Notes under the pieces: model-generated
What the model was told of the DNA's origin: nothing
Databases searched by the model: none
Seen by the model: only the letters and a program-made list of their open reading frames with translations
Part shown: one piece after another, positions 52,233-64,000 of the stretch
Position numbering within the stretch: the first letter of the stretch is position 1
Layout: every line of letters begins with the position of its first letter
Translations under genes and position numbers: made by a program
NCBI RefSeq assembly: GCF_001194135.2
Contig: NC_068989.1
Coordinates: 4,151,240-4,215,239, forward strand
Direction of reading: 5' to 3'
DNA from: Octopus bimaculoides
Taxonomy: Eukaryota
Length of the DNA: 64,000 nucleotides

Positions 52233-53148
52233 CACATACACACATATATATACACATTTGTATATATGTACATTTTTGTATGCATATAATATGTATGTGT
52301 GTATACATGCATGTATGTATGTACGTGTATCCCTACGTATGTATAACTGAATGAATAAACGGATAAATGAGAGAATGTACAAAGGAATGAAGGAAGAAGA
52401 GGAGTGTATATATTATACGCGCAGATTCTTCTTTTTCCAACACTTTCAGATAATATATTACGCGAGAATTTTCAAGATGGCGCTGTAACAATGTACTATT
52501 TATTCCGTCGGTTTTCACAAGTCATGATGTTTCAGCATATGGCTGATAACTTTGATAAAAGAGCTCCCTTATGGTCAATACCAGCGCCAAATTCCGAATA
52601 ATTCTATTTCATTTTTCGACCGTCTTGAACATTTTCCGTACATTTTTCTTTCTTTTTTTTTTTTTTTTTGATTGGAAAATAAATGACTTATAAGTATTAT
52701 GTATCATTTCGAAATCTTTTCTATGATGCATAAAATGCATCTAATGTTACCAAACCGATAATATTTGGTCTTTTTCGAAATTTGATCATTTACAGTACGA
52801 TACTGGAATCCTCTAACTGTTGACCATCAATGACAATTCTAGAAAACCACCTTCAAGCGGTTAAATCTCTGCAATACATACACATACATGCATACACACA
52901 CTAACACACAAACATACACACACACAGATGTAAACATATTTAACAAAGATAGCATTGACATTGATTCGAAGTTTCGACTAGCTAAGCTATCAACGGGGAG
53001 TTCGGTGAAAGCGTCGCCGGCTGATAATTTCATGCGCTTATGATACATGAACAGCCATTGAACAGCCATTTTATAAATATGGCTGTTCAAGTATAATAAA
53101 AGCATGAAACTACTAGGAGCTCTTTTGGCTGTGCATTAAAATTTATAT

Positions 53149-53272
<124 letters not shown>

Positions 53273-53719
53273 GGTTTTAACACTGTCTCTCTCTGTGTCT
53301 GTATATATTTCTCTCTCTATCCATATACGTGCGTATAAATTCATACACACTCACGCGTGCATACACACAAACACGTACATACGTTTTCATATATATTTAA
53401 TTCTTGCTATTGTTTAACATTCTAATCATTTCAGATTTATACTTCTACCCTCGTTAAATATGATAACAGTTGCATATATTAATCATCACAGCTTTCAGTG
53501 ATTGTGTAATAAGCGATAAATGCTGTTTCCTAAAATGAAAATATGACAAGCTTTACACCTGACTCAGGTATTATAAATTTAATGTCGTGCTGATAAAATA
53601 GTGGAGAGCTATATTTATGATTTTACAACTTCAAAATAATATGTATGATCACAATCTGTTAAACCACAGCTGTCTAAATTACGTACTTTCTTTATTTCAC
53701 TGATACCACATTGTCTTTT

Positions 53720-53780
53720 GGGGGTACGTTTCGTTAAAAGCCTCGAACGCATTCACTTAAGGTCATAATCTTCAGGCTCA
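53720..53780 (-). ncRNA. Hammerhead-like core with eroded stems
   Basis: Reverse strand CUGAAGA ... GAA-ACGU-A core is intact. Stem II is partial (UUA/UAA, CCUU/GAGG) and stem I poorly paired. Confidence 0.45.
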
Positions 53781-55109
53781 CAATTTCTTGGTATGAAACG
53801 AGAGCTCAGTCAAGGATTTGTAACCAGACTTCTATTCCAACGTCCAACCAAATTTTGCCTGCTTATGTTCATCCTCTACCTCATCATCATCATCATCATC
53901 ACCCTTGGGCATTACTGTCTTGAATCCGAGGATTCATAGGCCGCCTACCCGATTTCTATGGTGTATAAGTAGCTGAGATCAAAATTTGCCCTTAAACGAG
54001 ACGCCAGTCCGTCGAAGAGTTGCTCAGTTACCACTGAGTAGACTCGAAAAGAATGAAATATAGAATACAAAGCATTGCTCGGTCTATAAAATGAGACCAC
54101 GATCTTACCATCATGAGGACAACGCCGTAACCGCTAAGCTACGCATCTGTTTAACAGTGACACCCAGATATTCAGATTGTGAAGAAGATGCCCTGAATCC
54201 ACAAGTCTATGTGATTAGGTGCAGATTCAAAACAACATTACCCTGCTTCCATGACTAAATGATATAAGATCAGCAAACGAAATGCTATCTATGTGGTCGT
54301 ATTTAGAGGTAGAAATAATAGCTTAAATCACTCATAAATTACATACCGCAGTCTTAAAAAACAAGCACCTATGGGCCCATGCGGTAATGAATACATAAGG
54401 TGAGAAAAACACGGCATGATGGTCACAGGTTTTCTTCTCATCTTTTTAGAAACATTAGCCGCTACAGAAGTGAAAATTGAAAAATCTGAACATTGATTTG
54501 ATTAAATAATAACATATTTGATCATATATCTATTTATCTGTGTCTGCTCAGGCACACTAAACGGCAAAAGACAACAACTTAGGAAAGGTTAGTACTGAGT
54601 ATGAGGACCGTTAAGAACAACTGATTCGATTAGATTTATAAGAAAACTGTCGTCATAAACACAATGATAAAAACACGAAAGTATCAGGCCTGCAAATAAA
54701 CCCACACGAAACACGTAACTAACACACTAACAAATGGAACCAGTATCTAGTTAAATGAAACCAGTAAACTAATTACGAAAGCAGAATCAAATTTGTAAGC
54801 AGCATAAAAGAATCAAGAAAAAATTGATAAAGAAAAGAAAAGAAGAGATAAATAATGCGCTAAGAATAACTCTATAAAATTATTTTCTACTCTAGGCACA
54901 AGTCCCGAAATCTTTGGGAGGAGGCCCGAAGTTATAGCAGAAGACATTTGCCCAAGGTGCCACGCAGTGGGACCTACGCCTAGCTGTATATATTTATATT
55001 TAATGTGTGTGTTTGTGTGTGCATGTGTGTGTTTGTGTGTGTGTATTTCGCTGTGCCTCAGCGAGTAAAATTTTATACAAATTGAAGCATTCTAGAAATG
55101 GATCACAAG

Positions 55110-55470
55110 GAAAATGGATGACATCTCAAGTCTTGATTACTGGAATAGTCTAGAGAAAATCAAATATTCCAACAGCAATGCCCACATGACGCTGATACGT
55201 ACCTTAACATTCACACAAGGCTTGCTGTCCGTGCCATCCGTGCCATCTACAAAAGAACATGCTCGCGTCAGATCACAACACAAAGACAGGACTGTTTCAC
55301 CTCAACAGACTCTGTTCTCTCTAACGCCATGCCAAGACACACAAGGAAAGAAAAGAAATTTCGTAACATTCAAACGGTCCTGGTCTAATATCTTCTACAA
55401 ATCTCAGATAAACCACCTGCACCCGGATATAAGCGCCGAAAGTACTACAGTAATATTAAACTTCATTATT
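55110..55470 (+). pseudogene. Degenerate CR1/L2-group LINE 3' end
   Basis: LDYWNSLEKIKYS and, in a shifted frame, SDKPPAPGYKR resemble the L.YW.RL..L.LYSL and IPD.P..PGY.R motifs at CR1/L2-group C-termini. Confidence 0.6.
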
Positions 55471-56564
55471 TAGCATTTCCAAGTGGTGCCATGAACGTAG
55501 GTGTGGCCTCGGTAAATTCTGGTCGAAACTTATCTCAGTATCTAAGTTATCTAAGAGTACAAACAATACCCACGGTGAAATATGGAATAATCCACATATC
55601 GAAACCGCTAGAATAATCTAGAATTGAAAATAAACCATTGTATGTAAATTGCGAGGAAATTATGCGCATTGAACCAACCACCATTTCATCATCACAGGTC
55701 TATACGAAAAACAGGAAAGAACTATGGCAAATCATAGACAGGAAAAGAGAAATGAAGAAATGAATAACAAATTTTATTTTGGGTTATTTCAAATATGAAA
55801 TGCTATAAATAATTAAATTGAGTTAAGTATGACTTTCCTGTTACACGCACATACTCATCTGTGCAAACACATACATATATGTATACATACATATATATAT
55901 ANNNNNNNNNNNNNNNNNNNNNNNNNNNNNNNNNNNNNNNNNNNNNNNNNNNNNNNNNNNNNNNNNNNNNNNNNNNNNNNNNNNNNNNNNNNNNNNNNNN
56001 NNNNNNNNNNNNNNNNNNNNNNNNNNNNNNNNNNNNNNNNNNNNNNNNNNNNNNNNNNNNNNNNNNNNNNNNNNNNNNNNNNNNNNNNNNNNNNNNNNNN
56101 NNNNNNNNNNNNNNNNNNNNNNNNNNNNNNNNNNNNNNNNNNNNNNNNNNNNNNNNNNNNNNNNNNNNNNNNNNNNNNNNNNNNNNNNNNNNNNNNNNNN
56201 NNNNNNNNNNNNNNNNNNNNNNNNNNNNNNNNNNNNNNNNNNNNNNNNNNNNNNNNNNNNNNNNNNNNNNNNNNNNNNNNNNNNNNNNNNNNNNNNNNNN
56301 NNNNNNNNNNNNNNNNNNNNNNNNNNNNNNNNNNNNNNNNNNNNNNNNNNNNNNNNNNNNNNNNNNNNNNNNNNNNNNNNNNNNNNNNNNNNNNNNNNNN
56401 NNNNNNNNNNNNNNNNNNNNNNNNNNNNNNNNNNNNNNNNNNNNNNNNNNNNNNNNNNNNNNNNNNNNNNNNNNNNNNNNNNNNNNNNNNNNNNNNNNNN
56501 NNNNNNNNNNNNNNNNNNNNNNNNNNNNNNNNNNNNNNNNNNNNNNNNNNNNNNNNNNNNNNNN

Positions 56565-56613
<49 letters not shown>

Positions 56614-57765
56614 GTATGTATGTATGTATGTATATGTATTAGATGGTTTGGAGATGATGTACAGGAATTATATATTAGAAAAAATAATAAGGTACTCAGA
56701 TATCTGGATGGTTGTACATTTACAGAATTTTATTAATTAATATGTCACATGTTTTTGTAAATTAGCGCTTGCATCTATTCTTGTAGATTCTCCAGATTTA
56801 ATTTTTTCTTCGGAGGATTTGTCTCCTTTTATAGTATTATTGAATGTGTAGGGGTGGAAAGATATATAGTATAGTTAAAGGGGTGAGGAATGGGGAGAAG
56901 GTGAGAGAGAGTGCGTGTGTGTGTGTTTGTGCTGGTGTGTGTGTGTCTGTGTGTGCGTGCGTGTATGTGTGTGCCTGTGTATCTGAAAGGAGTACCAATA
57001 GGAAAGAGAAGGAAAGGTGAAAGAAGAAAGAAGTATATTGTGTTTACAGCTGGTCAGTTCAATGACAATTTGATTCTTGGCCTTTAAAAATGGCAAAACC
57101 AGGTGGCTATTTAAGGTCGGGCATTGTTTGGAAGAAAGTTGTTTTTCTAAAAAGTTGCTAAAATAAGTAGGGGGGGGGGACGGTCACTTTAATCAACAAT
57201 ACCCTTCCCCAAAATGTATGACCAAATATAACTTTACTGCGGTTTATTTGATAATTTTAATTTACTTATCTTGTTGTTGCAGACGCCGATAATTATATTT
57301 ATTGCCGTCTTTAGAAAATTATATTAGATATTTGATAATTGTGTTGCTTTTAAAGTAATTTGTTATTTTTCTCATTCTATCTATCGTGTATTAATCAACG
57401 TTTGAGAGCCAAACACCTGTTATTAAGACATTTCTTTAATTTCTACATAGTGATGAATGATAACGTTTACTACGCTACGTCTCATAGCATTTGGTGCTGA
57501 TTTTATTAATGTTTTCTTCTAATTGTGTCTTATGTATTTGGTGTTGTTGTTGTTGTTGTTTGTGGTGGTGGTGTTCATGTAGTGCTGGTGTTCAGTCCTA
57601 GCTCACCTCCGATCGAGCAGATGCATGATCAAAACTATCCCGTCCGTGATAATCACGTCTTTTAACTATTTGCACAGTATCCAGTAACTCACCATCCAAT
57701 ATGCTCATGGCGTATGTGTTCCCCCCAGCTGGACGGGACGCCAGTCCATCGCAGCGTTACTCAGG

Positions 57766-57960
57766 AAACAGGAAGAAAGAGTGAGAGAAAGTTGGGGCGA
57801 AAGAGTATAACAGGGTCACCCCCCCCCCTTTCGGAGCATCGTGGAGCTTTTATGCATTTTCGCTCAATAAACACACACAACGCACGGTCTGGGAATCGAA
57901 ATCGCGATCCTCCGACCGCGAGTCCGCTGACCTAACCACTGGGCCATTGCGTCTCCACTT
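57766..57960 (-). mobile_element. SINE family C, 5' part
   Basis: Reverse complement of the head and body at 18003-18195. Confidence 0.8.
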
Positions 57961-59876
57961 TGAATATAATGCATATATATATTATTTTTTCCTAACGTTT
58001 CTAAAGTCTTTTCATACATTTGTGTGTGTTGTTCTCTGCCTAGATCCTTAATTCCTTTCTGCTTCTCAGTCTGTGTTTGTTCTAATTCTGAATTTTGCTA
58101 TTTAACATGACATTTGCATCTCATTAATTGTCATCGAACTTGTGATGACGTATTTTTATATCCTTAATTTTGCGTAAAATCTAGTCAACTGCTGTCTACA
58201 ATAGCGTTTTCAGATATCATTTTCAGCATACATTCCGAAGTCATGTCAGTAGGCTGCGTACTCTCCACCATCGTATATTCACCCAAGCACCGTCTTATAT
58301 ATTATGGTAGTTAAATATTTTACCACCAGACAAAATGGGAGTCGAGAATAAAAAAAGCACCTGGAATATTCTGTTTCCAATTCGATTTTAACATTCTCTA
58401 TTTTGTTTGTCAGTATAGCAATATTAATTTTTTTGATAATTTTGTTGTTATAGACATTCTGATCCCCGTGGCTTGTGGCTTTACTAAGTAATAACACTGA
58501 TATCTCATGCACTGTCATTCATGATTTTGCTAGAAACTTCGGAATGCCACAGTTGATATAGAACCGAATTTTCGAGCCTTTACCACAGGAATATACACTC
58601 AGACGCATATTCACAAATGCATACACACACGCACGCATGCACACGCATGCACACGCATGCACACACATACATTAATATATATAGGTGTATGTCTGTTTGT
58701 GGCTGTGCGCATGTATGTATGTATGTACACTTTCCAAATTCCAGTTACGAATAACGAATAAATCCATTTTGACGTCGCTGCTTTGCATACTCAAAATATA
58801 TTGTAATATTGACAAACAGCTGAAGAAGCAAACTACTTCGCCGGTCAACTCAGGGAATTGTGCTCGAGAAAGTAATCGGTTTATATGTTTGGGAAAGAAA
58901 TCTATTTCTCTTCTCTTTGTAAACGAATGATAAACAACGAATTATTATACAGCAACCTCACCACTAACATGTAAGAGACGCAGGTTTAAACAGGAGGCAT
59001 GGACTTCACATATTCCATTTTTTAAGTTTTGGTATATCAATATATCGATAAATTCTCGTTTCAGTTCTACACACTGTACAGTAAATCTGAGTTTAGGATC
59101 GACCGAATGTGATCGACAAGCTTTTGGGATTCAACATTAAATCCGATTCGCTCTCTTTGACGTTGATATTAACCTTGAAAAATACATTACCGACACACAA
59201 CTTCCTTCATTGCATGAATCTATACATTCGTCGCCCAATGCCCAGGAAATCAATATATTTGATGAACGCTACAGAGATAAGAGATAAGCAGGATACAAAC
59301 TAAAAATGTGACGCATTTTCATTGCAATTTTGAAACGATATCATATCCTGTACATCACTAGTACTATAGAGAAACGCATGAACATAAAAAAGCCCATATT
59401 TTCTTCTTTCCTTATAATAAAAGCATCGTTCTAACTCACCTAGTCCAAAGAAATACACAGTAGAATAAAGCATAGCTGTGCAATTAATCAATGACAAAAT
59501 CGGTAATAGCTTTCCTAGCGGAGTTTTCACTAGTCAGAGGTAGGAGGACTCGTATTAAGGATGAGACCAAAGGCAATATATGACAATTATAGCTCTAGAA
59601 AATGTTCAGGAATAGAAACAGTAATTATAATAGCAAAAGCTTCAATTAACAATCAGAAATGCAACAATAGCCCACACATTTTCAAAGCTAATACGAGAAT
59701 ATAACATGGCAAACAGCCCCTGGTTTTCTGGTATAATACAGCAATTATAGTTTTCGTATTATCATTTACATCTCTCAGAATTCCAGCAAATTTGCAAACG
59801 GGGGACATTGATTTGAGTTTTATGGTACACTCAATCCACACATGTACTATCCGCATGCGCACAAGACATGTGTCTG

Positions 59877-59916
<40 letters not shown>

Positions 59917-59965
59917 GCTATCTATCTAACTATCTATCTAACTATCTATCTATCTATCGCTCTCT

Positions 59966-60004
<39 letters not shown>

Positions 60005-60925
60005 CAGAGAGACGTACATACATATATGTGTATATAAACATACACACACACGAACACAAACACACACACGTACACACACACATCCATACATAGTGTGAAA
60101 GAACAACAGGAAGCGAGTTGTTTGTATTTCCTGTATTTCCCATCCAGTACGATCGTTTCAGTCTGATCATTCCACTATATGTAATTCTACGTTTCTGTTA
60201 ATATATAAATCACTCTAAATTCACATGTGTGTGTGAGTGTGTGTGAGTGAGTATGTGAGTAATTGTGATGAGTAATCCTCAGAGTATTAGTATGGACATC
60301 CATCAAGCTAAGTTTATCTGCAGGACAAAAGCGACTGCCTTCTAAATGGAAAACTCTTAACGAAAGCTATTATCTAAAACGCGATGGTGAAAATCTTAGC
60401 TGGATATCATAATAATGAAGCAAACACTTATCTCAACAAGTGATTTGTTTTGTTAATCACCAACAGATAGAAATGAGGAAACGTACAACCATCATCGTTT
60501 TATCGATAGATATATTTAAAATCTCTTGACCAACAGGTCAATCACACATCCCACCACAAAATAAAAGCAATGTCAAATATTGGTTGCATAGAAACAGCTT
60601 TAATAAACAAATAAGTCAAGCAAGTCTGAGATAATGTTACAATACCGCCACAAAAACAAATTCTACTTAACTTACACGATATGTACGTAAGTATTACCAA
60701 CTGACAGCTTAAGCCAAGCCGTTTTAACAGGCCTAATTCTAGCAATAATTATGTCGGAATGAATAGATTTCTTCGTTGTTATGCTAAATGAGAAACGCAT
60801 TTCTGCCGAAATGAATGCTTCAAAAACGGACAAATTAGTCAGCTTTAACAATAATATATACCAATACATAAATGTGTGCCTCTGTGTGCCTGCTTCTTTC
60901 ACACAATCTCTCTCATTGTCTCCCC

Positions 60926-60989
<64 letters not shown>

Positions 60990-61170
60990 ATCACCATCGC
61001 TTGACAACCGATGCTGGTGTGTTTACGACCCCGTAATCTAGTGGTTCGGCTTAAGAGACCGATAGAATAAGTACTAGTCTTACAAAAAAATAATTCCTGG
61101 AGTTGATTTGTTCGACTAAAAGCGGTGCTCCAGCATGGCCGCAGTCAAATGACTGAAACAAATAAAAGAA
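60990..61170 (+). mobile_element. SINE family A, 3' half
   Basis: CATCGCTTGACAACCGATGCTGGTGTGTTTA...GCGGTGCTCCAGCATGGCCGCAGTCAAATGACTGAAAC. Confidence 0.85.
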
Positions 61171-61177
61171 TTAGAGA

Positions 61178-61208
<31 letters not shown>

Positions 61209-61230
61209 AGTACGAAAGAATATATATATA

Positions 61231-61397
61231 TAGGCGTAGGAGTGGCTGTGTGGTAAGTAGCTTGCTTACCAACCACATAGTCCCGGGTTCAGTCCCACTT
61301 CATGGCATCTTGGGCAAGTGTCTTCTACTATAGCCTCGGGCCGACCAAAGCCTTGTGAGTGGATTTGGTAGACGGAAACTGAAAGAAGCCTGTCGTA

Positions 61398-61428
<31 letters not shown>

Positions 61429-61653
61429 CTATGTGTGTATGTGTTTGTATGTCTGTGTTTGTCCCCCCAACATCGCTTGACAACCGATGCTGGTGTGTTT
61501 ATGTCCCCGTAACTTAGCGGTTCGGCAAAAAAGACCGATGGAATAAGTACTAGGCTTCCAAAGAATAAGTCCTGGGGTCGATTTGCTCGACTAAAGGCGG
61601 TGCTCCAGCATGGCCACAGTCAAAAGACTGAAACAAGTAAAAGAGTAAAAGAG
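61231..61653 (+). mobile_element. Full-length tRNA-derived SINE, family A (Octopus OR-type, CORE-like)
   Basis: A box TGGCTGTGTGG, B box GGTTCAGTCCC, CORE-like CTTGGGCAAGTG, internal (TA/TG)n linker, and a tail ending GACTGAAACAAGTAAAAGAGTAAAAGAG. Confidence 0.85.
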
Positions 61654-61885
61654 ATACATAAGCGACGAAAATATGTTGGCAAATTAAATTTAAATGTTGA
61701 AGTGAATCTAAGGGTTTTTTTGTGTTTCTTAAATGGTTTATAAACACCTAGCTGCAATATATATATGTGTTTTTGCATTTTTATATGCATACTTATTTGT
61801 GTTTCATATATATATTTTTTGTAATCTCAGGGGGGTGGCGCTTAATCGCTATGTGAGTGTATATGTATTATGCTTATATCTATAG

Positions 61886-61918
<33 letters not shown>

Positions 61919-62582
61919 CCTAATTGTGCAACTGTTTATGCATGTGCATCGTTTGCATATTTGTTTGTGCATGCATATGTGTGCATATAGATGTACATGC
62001 CATGAGACATAGCCGTTTATATACCGTTTATATACCTATGTCTGTAGATGTGTGTGTTCGCGTGTATGTAAATGTATTCAATAAGCATCAGTTACATGAT
62101 GTCATTCGCAAGATGGCGTTAATTCATTCGGTAAATCAATATGTCCACCCATGAATTGTATGTCAACCAATACACCGTGTAATTGCATAACAATAAAATA
62201 GGCCGCGCAATGGATATATAGTTAAGTGGTTTGATTCGCAATCACGTAGACTCAGGGAGGAATATTAAGCAAGGATTTTCCATAAAATCTTAGATCAAAA
62301 CCTTAAAATATTGTTTGATCCTAGCGGTGACTTTTCGATACCTTTCAGTACTGATAGAACCAATTTAATGCTATTCCGGCCAGACGTTCTCCTTCTTTCT
62401 TAGACTATTTGCGACTATATTTTCCAATGTAGAAGGTGGACGAAATATAATTAAGATCGGTCGCCAATGTTTTAGAGAGCCACTTGGGAATTCGAAGCTT
62501 CCTTATGCGCCATTTGTATGTATGTTAATATGTGTGTGTGCGTAAGTGTATATGAATGTGTGTTTCTGTGTCTATGTATCCA

Positions 62583-62633
<51 letters not shown>

Positions 62634-63457
62634 TTATCTACCTGTTTATCTCTCTCTCTCTCTCTCTGTGTCTCTTTATATATATATATANNNNNNNNNN
62701 NNNNNNNNNNNNNNNNNNNNNNNNNNNNNNNNNNNNNNNNNNNNNNNNNNNNNNNNNNNNNNNNNNNNNNNNNNNNNNNNNNNNNNNNNNNNNNNNNNNN
62801 NNNNNNNNNNNNNNNNNNNNNNNNNNNNNNNNNNNNNNNNNNNNNNNNNNNNNNNNNNNNNNNNNNNNNNNNNNNNNNNNNNNNNNNNNNNNNNNNNNNN
62901 NNNNNNNNNNNNNNNNNNNNNNNNNNNNNNNNNNNNNNNNNNNNNNNNNNNNNNNNNNNNNNNNNNNNNNNNNNNNNNNNNNNNNNNNNNNNNNNNNNNN
63001 NNNNNNNNNNNNNNNNNNNNNNNNNNNNNNNNNNNNNNNNNNNNNNNNNNNNNNNNNNNNNNNNNNNNNNNNNNNNNNNNNNNNNNNNNNNNNNNNNNNN
63101 NNNNNNNNNNNNNNNNNNNNNNNNNNNNNNNNNNNNNNNNNNNNNNNNNNNNNNNNNNNNNNNNNNNNNNNNNNNNNNNNNNNNNNNNNNNNNNNNNNNN
63201 NNNNNNNNNNNNNNNNNNNNNNNNNNNNNNNNNNNNNNNNNNNNNNNNNNNNNNNNNNNNNNNNNNNNNNNNNNNNNNNNNNNNNNNNNNNNNNNNNNNN
63301 NNNNNNNNNNNNNNNNNNNNNNNNNNNNNNNNNNNNNNNNNNNNNNNNNNNNATATATATATATATATATATATTAATATATGCATATATATATATAAAT
63401 ATACATACATACACACATGCATACATACATACATACATACATACATACATACATACA

Positions 63458-63488
<31 letters not shown>

Positions 63489-64000
63489 TGTTGGTTCGCT
63501 CTATATGAACCATTCACATTCAGAACTATCATTAAATGCATTCTAGACTCGAACATTTCGTCTTCATTAATTAGAATCTCATTCCCCTTATAAAGGAATT
63601 AGATACATTAGAGTCTCGTTCCGTTTTTAAAATCTATGAAGTATACTAAGAGGCTGATTTGTTGATTGGCCTGCTATTCCTAGCAAATCGATTGAGATTA
63701 TGTATGTACTTTTATACGGCTAGTGAAAACCGGTTGCGTCCCTTTATCTGAGATACGTAGAGTGTTTGATAAATAATGATCGATAACATAGACATAATAT
63801 GTACTATAATCGATATGATTGAATTAATTCTTTGAGTGATCCATCACGGCCGTAGTCAAATGACTGAAATGAGTAAACGAGTAAAGATACATTTCTTTTA
63901 TTAGCCACACAGGGCTCAACGAAGATGGGACAAATACAATGTAGAGCTTTTCTTTTTGGGAGGGGGAAGGAAGGAAAAAAAAAAAAAAAAAAAAAAAAAA

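Noticed and set aside
60140-60175. Minus-strand GAAACGAUCGUA palindromic half-hammerhead (similar case at 12150-12230 on +)
   Set aside because: No CUGANGA half upstream.

Overview
AT-rich, microsatellite-saturated animal genomic DNA from a fragmented short-read-style assembly: 18 N-gaps, most flanked by (TA)n or other simple repeats. The tRNA-derived SINE families resemble those I recognise from Octopus, so a coleoid cephalopod source is likely (inference). No complete protein-coding gene, rRNA, true tRNA or CRISPR array is present. Most listed ORFs are translated microsatellites or gaps. Supported content: about 20 SINE copies from four families; decayed LINE fragments (RTE-like, CR1/L2-like, and an R4/Dong-like restriction-endonuclease end sitting in (TAA)n); a Penelope-like GIY-YIG remnant; a mariner transposase fragment; and mariner- and hAT-type MITEs. 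The most interesting items are: (1) several type I hammerhead ribozyme folds with palindromic stem III, one fused downstream of a tRNA-like Pol III head (2497-2730); (2) a complete 699-bp miniature LTR retroelement (TRIM) with PBS, PPT and 5-bp TSD (31188-31886); (3) a textbook recursive-splice-like AG|GTAAGT site with a 29-nt cryptic exon (28941-28995), plus two isolated + strand exon candidates suggesting that the window is intronic; (4) two striking palindromic structures (41073-41268, 51394-51555). All calls were made by eye, and SINE/LINE boundaries are approximate.
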